Source: Bacteroidia bacterium
GTDB taxonomy: Bacteria > Bacteroidota > Bacteroidia > J057 > JANRLA01
DNA: 60,955 nt
Assembly (NCBI GenBank): GCA_033763015.1
Contig: JANRLA010000031.1
Coordinates: 1-60,955 of the forward strand
Reading direction: 5' to 3'
How positions within the stretch are numbered: position 1 is the stretch's first letter; every line of letters begins with the position of its first letter. Both the position numbers and the translations under genes were made by a program. Under the pieces are notes generated by a model, which worked only from the letters and a program-made list of their open reading frames with translations, was not told the DNA's origin and did no database searches. Positions 36,056-53,257 of this stretch are shown here, in pieces.

Positions 36056-36616
36056 ATGGCCGAAGAAGCGAAGGATGTTCAGTGGTATGTGGTTCGGGCA
36101 ATTGCTGGGCAAGAGAACAAGGCCAAGCAATACCTCGAGTCCGAGATCGCGCGCCTGAAGCTCGAGAACATCATCCAGCGTGTGGTGATACCGACCGAGA
36201 AGGTCTTCGAGATCCGCAACGGTAAGAAGCGTACCCGCGAGCGCAGCTATCTGCCTGGCTACATGCTGTTGCAGGCCTACCTAGAGCCCGAGGTCATCCA
36301 GGTTATCCGCGATGTACCTGGCATTATTGGTTTCCCGGGCCACAGCAAAGACAGCAACATCCCGCCCCAGCCGCTGCGCGAAAGCGAGGTAAACAAGATA
36401 CTGGGCAAAGTAGAAGAGCTCCAGACGGCCGATGAGACGATGGAAAACCCCTATCGCGTGGGCGAAGCTATCAAGGTGATGGACGGACCCTTCAGCGGCT
36501 TTACCGGTTCGGTAGAGGAGGTGGACGAAATGAAGAAAAAATTGAAGGTCTCGGTCAAAATTTTTGGCCGGGTAACTCCGTTAGAACTCAACTTTTTACA
36601 AGTCGAGCGCGTATAA
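36056..36616 (+). CDS. nusG: transcription termination/antitermination factor NusG
   Basis: WYVVRAIAGQENK NGN domain and a C-terminal KOW (GEAIKVMDGPFSGFTGSV). Start trimmed to the ATG at 36056. Confidence 0.93.
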   Translation: MAEEAKDVQWYVVRAIAGQENKAKQYLESEIARLKLENIIQRVVIPTEKVFEIRNGKKRTRERSYLPGYMLLQAYLEPEVIQVIRDVPGIIGFPGHSKDSNIPPQPLRESEVNKILGKVEELQTADETMENPYRVGEAIKVMDGPFSGFTGSVEEVDEMKKKLKVSVKIFGRVTPLELNFLQVERV

Positions 36617-36706
36617 CCCTGTCTAGCTTCCACTAGTTATATAGGTTGCTTTGTGAGAGCGACCGCCAACCAGTCCCTAACTACTTCGAATTGAACCGTT
36701 TACCGA

Positions 36707-37162
36707 ATGGCCAAGCAGATTGAAACCTTTGTGAAGCTGCAGGTGAAGGGTGGCCAAGCCAACCCTGCACCCCCTATCGGTCCGGCATTGGGTTCGAAGG
36801 GCGTGAACATCATGAAGTTCTGCAAGCAGTTCAACGCCCGAACCCAGGACAAGATGGGGCAGGTTCTGCCCGTGGTCTTGACGGTCTACTCCGACAAAAG
36901 CTTTGAGTTTGTCATCAAAACACCGCCCGCGGCCATCCTGCTGAAGGATGCCTCGAAGGTGCAAACCGGCTCGGCCGAACCCAACCGTAAAAAGGTTGGC
37001 ACGGTCACCTGGGACCAAGTCAAAGCGATCGCAGAAACGAAACTGCCCGATATGAACTGCTTCACGGTAGAAAGCGCCATGAAAATGGTAGCCGGTACCG
37101 CACGCAGCATGGGCATTACCGTAGAAGGCACGCCTCCCTGGGGGGAGGTGTCGGACAACTAA
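36707..37162 (+). CDS. rplK: 50S ribosomal protein L11
   Basis: [34 protein letters not shown]. Confidence 0.97.
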   Translation: MAKQIETFVKLQVKGGQANPAPPIGPALGSKGVNIMKFCKQFNARTQDKMGQVLPVVLTVYSDKSFEFVIKTPPAAILLKDASKVQTGSAEPNRKKVGTVTWDQVKAIAETKLPDMNCFTVESAMKMVAGTARSMGITVEGTPPWGEVSDN

Positions 37163-37177
37163 CCGACCGTTACCACA

Positions 37178-37876
37178 ATGGCAAAACGTAGCAAAAAATA
37201 CACCACCGCAGCAGCGCTGTTGGCCTCGAAAGGGCCCCAAAAGCTCGCCGACGCCTGCTCGCTCGTGAAACAAGTATCGTACACCAAGTTCGACGGCTCG
37301 GTTGACCTGGCCGTTAAACTGGGGGTAGACCCCCGCCAAGCCAACCAAATGGTACGGGGCGTTGCCTCGCTACCCCACGGCACAGGCAAGGAAGTGCGTG
37401 TACTGGTACTGACAGGACCCGATAACGAAGCCGCGGCGAAGGACGCCGGGGCCGATCTGGTGGGCCTCGATGAGTTTATCTCGAAAATCGAAGGCGGCTG
37501 GACCGACGTGGACGTCATCATCTGTACCCCAGATGTGATGCCCAAAGTAGGCCGGCTCGGTCGGGTACTCGGCCCCCGTGGCCTGATGCCCAACCCCAAG
37601 AGCGGCACCGTGACCACCGACGTAGGCAAAACCGTACGTGAGGTAAAGGCCGGTAAGATCGACTTCAAAGTTGACCGTACCGGGATCGTTCACGCGGCTA
37701 TCGGCAAAACGTCGTTCAGCGCCCAGCAGTTGGCCGACAACGCCAACGAGCTGCTGCAGGTCATCCAACGCCTCAAGCCGCAAGGCCTGAAAGACACGTA
37801 CGTCAAATCTGTCTTCCTCTCGGCCACCATGAGCCCGAGTGTAGAAGTCGACAAAGCAACGCTCGCAGGTTTCTAA
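37178..37876 (+). CDS. rplA: 50S ribosomal protein L1
   Basis: Conserved L1 sequence and operon position. Confidence 0.97.
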   Translation: MAKRSKKYTTAAALLASKGPQKLADACSLVKQVSYTKFDGSVDLAVKLGVDPRQANQMVRGVASLPHGTGKEVRVLVLTGPDNEAAAKDAGADLVGLDEFISKIEGGWTDVDVIICTPDVMPKVGRLGRVLGPRGLMPNPKSGTVTTDVGKTVREVKAGKIDFKVDRTGIVHAAIGKTSFSAQQLADNANELLQVIQRLKPQGLKDTYVKSVFLSATMSPSVEVDKATLAGF

Positions 37877-37899
37877 CCCACCTAAACGTACCTCTTACC

Positions 37900-38433
37900 A
37901 TGACCAAAGAAGAGAAAAACGCATTGGTGGACGAGTTGGCCGCGGTACTCGAACACACCCCGAATTTCTACGTCCTCGACATGGGCGGCATGGATTCGGC
38001 CCAGACGAGCGCCTTCCGGCGCAAGCTCTACGAGAACCGCCTCTCGGTACGGATGGTGAAGAACACGCTGATGGAAAAGGCCCTCGCCAAACGCGGGGTC
38101 GATACCGAAAGCCTGAAGGGTGCCCTCAAGCAACCTTCGTCGTTCATCTTCGTAGGCGAGAACGCCAACCAGCCTGCCAAACTGCTCAAAGACCACCTGA
38201 AAGGTGGTGCCGAACTGCCCAAGCTCAAGGGTGCCTTCATCGAACACAGTGCGTTCGTGGGCGAAGACCAGCTCGATACGCTGGCCAGCCTGAAGAGCAA
38301 GCAAGAGCTGCTGGGCGAACTCATCGGCCGTCTGCAAAGCCCCATGAGCAATCTCGTGGGCGCTCTACAGTCGGGCGGTGGTACCCTCCACGGCCTACTC
38401 AAAGCCCTCGAGGCCCGCGAGAAAGCCGCGTAA
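37900..38433 (+). CDS. rplJ: 50S ribosomal protein L10
   Basis: Operon position and L10-like sequence. Confidence 0.95.
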   Translation: MTKEEKNALVDELAAVLEHTPNFYVLDMGGMDSAQTSAFRRKLYENRLSVRMVKNTLMEKALAKRGVDTESLKGALKQPSSFIFVGENANQPAKLLKDHLKGGAELPKLKGAFIEHSAFVGEDQLDTLASLKSKQELLGELIGRLQSPMSNLVGALQSGGGTLHGLLKALEAREKAA

Positions 38434-38485
38434 GTACACTTTCTATTTCCCTGAACCCCACACCCCTGTAATTCATCTTACAACC

Positions 38486-38875
38486 ATGGCAGATCTGAAA
38501 ACACTGGCCGACCAACTGGTTAACCTCACGGTAAAAGAGGTGAACGAGCTGGCCCAAATCCTGGAGAACGACTACGGTATTAAGCCTGCCGCTGCGGCCG
38601 CCCCCATCATGGTAGCGGCTGCCGGTGGTGCCGATGCCGGCGCTGGCCCAGCTGTAGAGGCACAAACCGAGTTCGATGTCATCCTCAAGTCGGCCGGCGC
38701 CAAAAAGCTGGAAGTCGTGAAGGTGGTTAAGAACATCACCGGTCTGGGCCTGGCCGAAGCCAAAGGCCTGGTGGACAACGCCCCCAGCCCCATCAAGGAA
38801 AAAGCCTCGAAAGAAGACGCCGAGTCGATCAAGAAGCAGCTGGAAGACGCCGGCGCCGAAGTCGAACTCAAGTAA
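38486..38875 (+). CDS. rplL: 50S ribosomal protein L7/L12
   Basis: [23 protein letters not shown], an Ala-rich hinge, and C-terminal [12 protein letters not shown]. Start trimmed to the ATG at 38486. Confidence 0.97.
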   Translation: MADLKTLADQLVNLTVKEVNELAQILENDYGIKPAAAAAPIMVAAAGGADAGAGPAVEAQTEFDVILKSAGAKKLEVVKVVKNITGLGLAEAKGLVDNAPSPIKEKASKEDAESIKKQLEDAGAEVELK

Positions 38876-38943
38876 GTCTTCGTTCGTTGAGAGCACCTCA
38901 TACCCGGCCGTTGGCATACTGCCTGCGGCACCGCTAGGGATAC

Positions 38944-38969
38944 AGACAGGGCACACCCGTGCCCTGTCT
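38944..38969 (+). terminator. rplL-rpoB intergenic hairpin (candidate attenuator)
   Basis: AGACAGGGCA-CACCCG-TGCCCTGTCT, a 10-bp perfect stem with a weak T-tract. Its position is analogous to the known rplL-rpoB attenuator of E. coli. Confidence 0.4.
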
Positions 38970-39057
38970 ATGCCCGTTTATAGACAAACTACAAACGCCT
39001 CTCCCGGCACTGCTATCTCTCCTGCGGCAACGCTCCACCGGTAAACGGATACGCCCC

Positions 39058-42861
<3,804 letters not shown>

Positions 42862-42916
42862 CTTTTTCTCACCCGACGGGGGGCTGCTTGCGGCCCCCCA
42901 CAGGCATCTCTACCCG

Positions 42917-47230
<4,314 letters not shown>

Positions 47231-47243
47231 CCCGGCAGGTACT

Positions 47244-47288
47244 AGCGTAAGCAAAAGGGCCCTACTTGGGGCCCTTTTGCTTACGCTA
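47244..47288. terminator. bidirectional terminator between convergent rpoC and the 47281..48123 gene
   Basis: AGCGTAAGCAAAAGGGCCC-TACTT-GGGGCCCTTTTGCTTACGCT long inverted repeat. The stop codon of the minus-strand gene lies inside the right arm. Confidence 0.65.
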
Positions 47289-48123
47289 GGGTAGGGAAGA
47301 ACGGGTTGACCGGTGTGGTGGCCACGATTACCTGCGAAACGGCCCCCGTGGCCCGCTGTAGCTTGGCCAGGTCGAAGCGCAAGAACCGCATCAGTACCAG
47401 CAGGGTCTTGGCGTACGTGCCTGGGTAGCCCTGTAGCGTCGCTTTCCCAAAGATGGGCTTTCCGTTTCCGCCGGGCAGCACCTCAAAGGCGGGCAGGGAA
47501 AAGTGGGTATCCGAATACTTGCCCGCTGAATTCACGTAGTCTAGCCGGTCGCCAAGCACCACCAGCGCGCCAACCAGTGCCTGGTTTACGGCCAGGTCAT
47601 CGGTTTCTGTGTGCAGGGCAATGGTTAGTAGCTCGGCATCGGCCACCAGATCGGTTAGTTGGGGGTGGCCCTCCAGTTTGCGCCAGTACCGGCTTTTGTC
47701 CAGCGAAGGGTGGGTGCTAATGGCCTCCCAGCCCCGCAGCTGGTAGGGCAGCTGCCGTGGCAATGCACGCACCCATGCCCGCGCCTGCAAGCCCTTGCCA
47801 ATGCGCCACAACGGCAGGCCCACTACCACCCCCACGGCTGCATACAGCAGCACCCAGGCAGCCGGGTAGCTCTCAAGTACCTTCCCCAACGCGGCTTTGG
47901 TACCCTCGTAAAACGGCGATAGGATACCCACCAGCACAACAGGTAGCATTGCATAGGGCAGCATGCTATCTGTGTACTGCCGGAAGGCGGCATGCGCTAG
48001 GCTGCCTTGGCCCAGGGGCTTGGCCAGCTCGAGGATGGGTTTGCTGTGAAACGCCGGCGGTGCCTTCTCCTTAAGCGTTTCAATGCCTTTGGTGCGGTAC
48101 TCTTCCAGCAGGTCATCGCTCAT
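47281..48123 (-). CDS. hypothetical membrane protein (280 aa)
   Basis: Two central hydrophobic helices. It begins 10 nt after the queG stop and is therefore likely co-transcribed. No recognisable domain. Confidence 0.6.
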   Translation of the reverse strand: MSDDLLEEYRTKGIETLKEKAPPAFHSKPILELAKPLGQGSLAHAAFRQYTDSMLPYAMLPVVLVGILSPFYEGTKAALGKVLESYPAAWVLLYAAVGVVVGLPLWRIGKGLQARAWVRALPRQLPYQLRGWEAISTHPSLDKSRYWRKLEGHPQLTDLVADAELLTIALHTETDDLAVNQALVGALVVLGDRLDYVNSAGKYSDTHFSLPAFEVLPGGNGKPIFGKATLQGYPGTYAKTLLVLMRFLRFDLAKLQRATGAVSQVIVATTPVNPFFPTLA

Positions 48124-48132
48124 ACCGGTAAG

Positions 48133-49077
48133 TTATTCGGGAACGTTGTACCCAGCTGCGGCCAGGTTGCCTAGCCACTTGGGCCGCCGGATGCGCCGCA
48201 GGGGCGTGGGCCGCGTAAAGCGGGTGTACTGGGTGTTGGTGTGCGTGAGCCAGGTGTGGGCCGAGAGCTGGCTGTGGGGTAGGGGCCGAAAAAACGCGTT
48301 GTGGCCCGTACGGGCAAAGCGGTTCCAGGGGCACACCTCCTGGCAGATGTCGCAGCCAAAGGCCCAGCCCTCCAGCTGGCCTTCGAACTCCTGGGGCACC
48401 TGGTCTTTGAGCTCGATGGTGAGGTAGCTGATGCACCGCCGGGCATCGATCTGGTAGGGGGTCAGGGCGCCGGTGGGGCAGGCGTCGATGCAGCGGGTGC
48501 AGGTGCCGCAGTAGTCGGGTAGGGGGTCGTCGGGGGGGAAGTCCACTTCCGTAAAAATCTCGCCCAGTAGGAAGTACGACCCCGCCTCGGGCCGGATGAG
48601 GCACGTGTTCTTGCCCACCCACCCCAGGCCCGCGCGGCGGGCCCAGGCTTTTTCCATCACCGGCGCGGCGTCTACGTACCACTGGGCCAAGACCGGCCCG
48701 CAGCACTCGCGTATCACACGAATGAGGGCCTGTAGCTGCTCGCGTAGCACGTGGTGGTAGTCTTTTCCCCAGGCGTACCGCGCAATTTTGGGCGCGCCCG
48801 GGGGCTGCTGGGCGCCTTCGGGCGGCAGGTACCCGGCCAGCACGACCAGTACCGTTTGGCTGCCGGGCAGCAGGCGCTGGGGGTCGGTTCGGGCCTCAAA
48901 GTGGTCGGCCATGTAGGCCATTTGGCCGTGGTACTGTACAGCCAGCCAGCGCTCAAGGGCGTGCTTTTCGGCCTCTAGGGGCGTGGCACGGGCAAAGCCG
49001 CAGTACGCGAAACCAAGGCGCAGGGCCTCTTCGTGCACGTGGGCTTTGATGCGGGCGGCGGTGGCGTGGGGCAGCAT
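48133..49077 (-). CDS. queG: tRNA epoxyqueuosine(34) reductase
   Basis: 4Fe-4S motifs CGTCTRCIDACPTGA and CDICQEVCPWN, plus a HEAT-like C-terminus. Confidence 0.88.
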   Translation of the reverse strand: MLPHATAARIKAHVHEEALRLGFAYCGFARATPLEAEKHALERWLAVQYHGQMAYMADHFEARTDPQRLLPGSQTVLVVLAGYLPPEGAQQPPGAPKIARYAWGKDYHHVLREQLQALIRVIRECCGPVLAQWYVDAAPVMEKAWARRAGLGWVGKNTCLIRPEAGSYFLLGEIFTEVDFPPDDPLPDYCGTCTRCIDACPTGALTPYQIDARRCISYLTIELKDQVPQEFEGQLEGWAFGCDICQEVCPWNRFARTGHNAFFRPLPHSQLSAHTWLTHTNTQYTRFTRPTPLRRIRRPKWLGNLAAAGYNVPE

Positions 49078-49146
49078 GGCAAGCGCCCGAAAGGTAACGG
49101 CCTGCGCTGCAACAAGCGCCAGGCCAGCCCTACCACCCGGTCTGTA

Positions 49147-49608
49147 CTAAGCTACCTGGGCCAGTGTTTCGGCAAAGTCGGCGTGGAGTTGTTCGGCCAC
49201 CCGACGGTCGATGGGCAGGGTCATGCAGTCCTGGGCCAATGCCACGAGCGGCACCCAGCGGAAGCGGTGCAACCCCTCGAGGCTGTGCACCGTGGCTAGG
49301 GTCTCTTCGCAGGTTACCAGGTAGTACACGCTCAGTACCTGCTCGTCGGGGGCGAAGGCCGAGGGCTGAAAGAAGTCGGTGGTGTAGTAGTGGCGAACAA
49401 TGCGCGGGGAGAGGCCGGTTTCTTCCATCCACTCACGCTTTAGGCAGTCTACCAGGCCCTCGCCGTACAGCAAACCACCCCCCGGGAATTTGCAAATCCG
49501 ATGCCCGTGGTGCGCTTCGTCGCTTACCAGCACATCGCCCTGGCTGTTAATCCAGATACCGTACGCGCGTACGTTAAATCTGGGCGTTTGTTCACCGCGT
49601 ACTGGCAT
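49147..49608 (-). CDS. NUDIX hydrolase
   Basis: Nudix box GGGLLYGEGLVDCLKREWMEETGL. Start trimmed to the ATG at 49608. Confidence 0.8.
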   Translation of the reverse strand: MPVRGEQTPRFNVRAYGIWINSQGDVLVSDEAHHGHRICKFPGGGLLYGEGLVDCLKREWMEETGLSPRIVRHYYTTDFFQPSAFAPDEQVLSVYYLVTCEETLATVHSLEGLHRFRWVPLVALAQDCMTLPIDRRVAEQLHADFAETLAQVA

Positions 49609-49842
49609 AGGCTCCCGTAACACTCCCCTAACATAGATACCGCGTTTCTGGTTGCCGTTCAAGACCTCGTGCTTGGTTTTGCAATGGATTTAAGGAAAAG
49701 CACCTTCACGCGCACGTTTTACTGGTATGCCGACACCCTAGGTGTAGGTTAAAAAACCGAACTCGGTTACAAAATCTTTACATTGGGAGCAGATGAGCCT
49801 TGTCTTGAAATGAAGTACTATTGAATTGCGACCCCGCACCCT

Positions 49843-50241
49843 ATGGCCAAGCCTATCATTCTCTGTGTAGACGACGAAAAGACGGTGCTCAACAGCCTGC
49901 GCCAGGAGCTTGAGTTTGCCCTGGGTGCCTCGTACAGTTTTGAGCTCGCCGAAAGTGCCGAAGAAGGGCTCGAGGTCATTGAAGAACTTTTGGCCGAAGG
50001 CCGCGAAATCCGGGTCGTCATTTCAGACCAAACCATGCCGGGTATGACCGGCGAGAGCTTCCTGAGCCAGGTGCACAAGAAGCTGCCCAGGGTCGGCAAG
50101 ATTCTGCTCACCGGCGATTCGAGTAAGGAGGGTGTCAACGGTGGGGTCTATGCCGGCAGCAAGTTCCCGTGCCTGGTCAAGCCCTGGGACAACGTGCGCC
50201 TGCGCGAGCTGGTGGTCTCGATGGCCACCGCCGGTGCGTAA
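49843..50241 (+). CDS. stand-alone response-regulator receiver (CheY-like)
   Basis: CVDDE acidic pocket, phospho-acceptor in VVISDQTMPGM, and LVKPW. It is a paralogue of the N-terminus of the next gene. Confidence 0.8.
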   Translation: MAKPIILCVDDEKTVLNSLRQELEFALGASYSFELAESAEEGLEVIEELLAEGREIRVVISDQTMPGMTGESFLSQVHKKLPRVGKILLTGDSSKEGVNGGVYAGSKFPCLVKPWDNVRLRELVVSMATAGA

Positions 50242-50316
50242 CACGCTTGCTTCCTACCAGTTGCAGGCGCTGGCACAGCGCCGTAGTTTTACCCGCACAA
50301 CCTGCCCCTTAGTGCC

Positions 50317-52086
50317 ATGCCCAAATCCGTCATTCTGTGCGTTGACGACGAGCTTTCTGTGCTCACCAGTCTGCGCCAGGAGCTAGAGGCCGGGCTGGGG
50401 CATGACTTCCTGATCGAATGCGCCGAAAGCGCCGAGGAGGCCCTCGAAGCCTACGACGAACTCGTTGCGCAGGGCCAACAGGTGCAGGTCGTGCTGTCTG
50501 ACCAGATTATGCCGGGCATGAAGGGCGACCAGCTACTGGTCAAGCTCTACGAGCGCGATGCCAACCTGAAGACCATACTCCTCACCGGCCAGGCAACCGC
50601 CGATTCGGTTGGCAATGCCATCAACCGCGCCAACCTCTTCCGGTACATCGGCAAGCCCTGGAACGAGCGCGACCTGCGCATGACGGTGCAGGAAGCTGCC
50701 CGCACCTACCGCGAGCAAAGTGCCCTCGACCGCCAGGTGGCTATCCTCGATAGCCTCAACCGCGGCACCCAGTACCTGGCCGATACCCTGAACCCCGAGG
50801 TGCTCGCCGAACGGCTGCTCACCTCGGCGCTGCTCGATACCCACACCAACATCGGGGTGCTTTGGCTGCGCCAGCCCGATGGGCAACACCGCTTCTACAC
50901 CAACGAAAGCGACGGCGACCCCGATACCGTAGACCCGGTGCACGAAATCAGGCCCGCAGATGCTGCCACCCAGTTCCCGGTCGGGTGGATGGACGAAGTC
51001 TTTGGCGACGGGCAGCCCCGGCTGCTCGCCGATGCTGCCTACGAAGGCCCGCTCGTAACCGACAAGCGCGTGGCCACTCGGAAGATTCGCTCCATCTGTG
51101 CAGTACCCATAGCCGTAAGCGGCGAAGCGCCCCTGGGTGTGCTTTACCTCGAAGAACAGGCCAAGGCCCACCACTTTCGCCCCGATACCCTGGAGTTCTT
51201 GAGCCTTTTTACCGGGTATGCCGCGGTGTGCTTCCAGAACACCTGGCTCTACCACAACCTCGAGGCCACGGTGCAAAGCCGCACCGAGCTGCTGCAGGAG
51301 CGCAACCAGAGCATGCGCCGAAGTATCGCGTTTGCCCACCGGATCCAGACCAGCGTGCTGCCCCCGCTCGAGGAGTTGCTCCGCCACTTCCCCAAGGCGT
51401 TCGTGTACTACCAGCCCAAAGACGTCGTCTCCGGCGACTTCTACTGGATGGGGCACCACCAGGGCTACTTCTATGTCGCCGCCGTCGATTGCACCGGCCA
51501 CGGTGTGCCGGGTGCGCTTGTCTCGGTGCTGGGCAGCAACCTCTTTACCCAGGCGGTGTACGAACAGAACCTGAAAACCCCTGGCGAGGTCCTGAACTGG
51601 GTGAACCGGCACGTACGGCAAACCTTCAAGCAGTACGGCGAGAACGCCGAGGTGCAAGACGGCATGGACCTGGCCATGGTGGCCATCGCCGACGACCGCT
51701 CGCACCTGTACTTTGGCGGGGCCAAGCGCCCCCTGTGGCACCTTAGGGATGGCGAACTGCGCGAGACCAAGGGCGACCGCTTCCCGATCGGGGGCTCAAA
51801 CTACGACCTGGGGGCCGACGACGAGGTCTTTACCACCCAGCACCTGCAGCTCCAGCCCGGCGACCGGCTCTTCTTGTTTACCGATGGCCTGACCGACCAG
51901 TTTGGGGGCGACGATGGGGGCAAAAAGTTCTCTACCCGGGCCTTCCGCGAGCTGCTCTTGGGGGCCCAAGACCTACCCCTGCCCCAGCAGCGCGATGTCA
52001 TCCGCCGCGGGATGGCCGCCTGGCAGGGTGAGCAACCCCAAACCGACGATCGCTGCCTGATTGGGCTCGAAATTCCGGCCCACTAG
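50317..52086 (+). CDS. response regulator fused to GAF and PP2C/SpoIIE phosphatase domains (RsbU/SiaA-like)
   Basis: REC (CVDDE, LSDQIMPGM, GKPW), a central GAF-like region, and PP2C motifs SGDFYW, VDCTGHGVPGA, DGMD, FTDGLTDQ and QTDD. Confidence 0.85.
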   Translation: MPKSVILCVDDELSVLTSLRQELEAGLGHDFLIECAESAEEALEAYDELVAQGQQVQVVLSDQIMPGMKGDQLLVKLYERDANLKTILLTGQATADSVGNAINRANLFRYIGKPWNERDLRMTVQEAARTYREQSALDRQVAILDSLNRGTQYLADTLNPEVLAERLLTSALLDTHTNIGVLWLRQPDGQHRFYTNESDGDPDTVDPVHEIRPADAATQFPVGWMDEVFGDGQPRLLADAAYEGPLVTDKRVATRKIRSICAVPIAVSGEAPLGVLYLEEQAKAHHFRPDTLEFLSLFTGYAAVCFQNTWLYHNLEATVQSRTELLQERNQSMRRSIAFAHRIQTSVLPPLEELLRHFPKAFVYYQPKDVVSGDFYWMGHHQGYFYVAAVDCTGHGVPGALVSVLGSNLFTQAVYEQNLKTPGEVLNWVNRHVRQTFKQYGENAEVQDGMDLAMVAIADDRSHLYFGGAKRPLWHLRDGELRETKGDRFPIGGSNYDLGADDEVFTTQHLQLQPGDRLFLFTDGLTDQFGGDDGGKKFSTRAFRELLLGAQDLPLPQQRDVIRRGMAAWQGEQPQTDDRCLIGLEIPAH

Positions 52087-52115
52087 CTGCGCAACCATTG
52101 CAACCCAAGGTGCGT

Positions 52116-52123
52116 TACTTTTG
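52116..52123 (+). promoter_or_regulatory. -7 box TACTTTTG upstream of lemA
   Basis: Perfect TAnnTTTG, 45 nt upstream of the ATG at 52169. Confidence 0.4.
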
Positions 52124-52168
52124 TGACCAAATGGGTAGGCGTAGTGCTGCCCAGACATTCAAACACAC

Positions 52169-52768
52169 ATGAAAAACCGTGGTTTCTTAATCGCCCTGGC
52201 TGCTGTTGCTGCCATTGGGCTACTCATCTACAGTTCTACCGTTGGCCGGTACAACCGCCTGGTGCGCATGCAGGAGGCCATTAACCAGCAGTGGAGCCAG
52301 GTAAAGAACCAGTACCAGCGCCGGTCAGACCTCATCCCCAACGTTATCTCGACGGTGAAAGGCGCCGCCAACTTTGAGCAGGAGACCCTGCAGAACATCG
52401 TCGATGCCCGGGCCCGCGTTGGCCAGATCGTTATTTCTGACGACGTGGTGTCTGACCCCGAAAAGCTAGCCGAGTTCGAGCGGGCACAGGCGCGCCTGAG
52501 CCAGGGCATCGGGCGGCTCATTGCGGTGTCTGAAAACTACCCCGATCTGAAAAGCAGCCAGCTCTTTCGCGACCTGGTCGTCCAACTCGAGGGTACCGAA
52601 AACCGCATTTCGGTGGAGCGCAAGCGGTTCATTGAGTCGATCGGCGCGTACAACACCTACCTCCGGCAGTTCCCCACCAACCTCATTGGGGGTATGATGG
52701 GCTTCGAGAAAATGACGTACTACGAAGGCGATGAAGGCAACGAAACGGCGCCAAAGGTGACGTTCTAG
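52169..52768 (+). CDS. lemA: LemA family protein
   Basis: N-terminal TM helix, YNRLVRMQEAINQQWSQVKNQYQRRSDLIPN, and ENYPDLKS. Confidence 0.88.
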   Translation: MKNRGFLIALAAVAAIGLLIYSSTVGRYNRLVRMQEAINQQWSQVKNQYQRRSDLIPNVISTVKGAANFEQETLQNIVDARARVGQIVISDDVVSDPEKLAEFERAQARLSQGIGRLIAVSENYPDLKSSQLFRDLVVQLEGTENRISVERKRFIESIGAYNTYLRQFPTNLIGGMMGFEKMTYYEGDEGNETAPKVTF

Positions 52769-52816
52769 CTAAAGTCTACCCACGTACAGCCAGCCACACC
52801 CACCACCCCCGCCCGT

Positions 52817-53257
52817 ATGTCGAAGAGTGCCAGCCAACTGTTCCAGGCCGAAGAGCGCCAACTCATCGTAGAGGCGATCCAACGCGCCGAGGGCCACACC
52901 ACGGGCGAGGTACGGGTCTTTATCGAAGACCGGTGCTCAGGCGATGTGCTGGAACGTGCCAAACGGCTCTTTTTTGAGCTCGATATGCATAAGACCGCCA
53001 ACAGCAACGGTACCCTGGTGTACCTGGCGGTGAAAGACCACAAGTTTGCGGTGCTGGGCGACCGCGGCATCGACAACGTGGTGCCCCCGGGGTTTTGGGA
53101 TACCACCCGCGACGTGATGCGCGACCAATTCAGCCAAGGCAACTTCCTTACTGGGCTTGTGGTAGCCATCGATAGTATTGGCCTGAAGCTGCAGGAGTTC
53201 TTCCCCAAAACCGACGACGATGTCAACGAGCTGCCCGATGAGGTTATCATCCGGTAA
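52817..53257 (+). CDS. TPM-domain protein (cytoplasmic type)
   Basis: AIQRAEGHTTGEVRVFI and NGTLVYLAVKDHKFAVLGDRGI are typical of TPM/DUF477, and the gene follows lemA. Confidence 0.78.
   Translation: MSKSASQLFQAEERQLIVEAIQRAEGHTTGEVRVFIEDRCSGDVLERAKRLFFELDMHKTANSNGTLVYLAVKDHKFAVLGDRGIDNVVPPGFWDTTRDVMRDQFSQGNFLTGLVVAIDSIGLKLQEFFPKTDDDVNELPDEVIIR

Noticed and set aside
36617-36706. L11/L1 operon leader (L1-binding mimic) upstream of rplK
   Set aside because: I could not identify the conserved L1-binding structure by eye in the 90-nt spacer, so it is not reported as a feature.
50533-51741. 402-aa ORF antisense to the REC-GAF-PP2C gene, and the 294-aa +2-frame ORF 50862..51746
   Set aside because: The PP2C frame carries all catalytic motifs. 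The alternatives are Arg/Pro/Gly-rich shadow frames.
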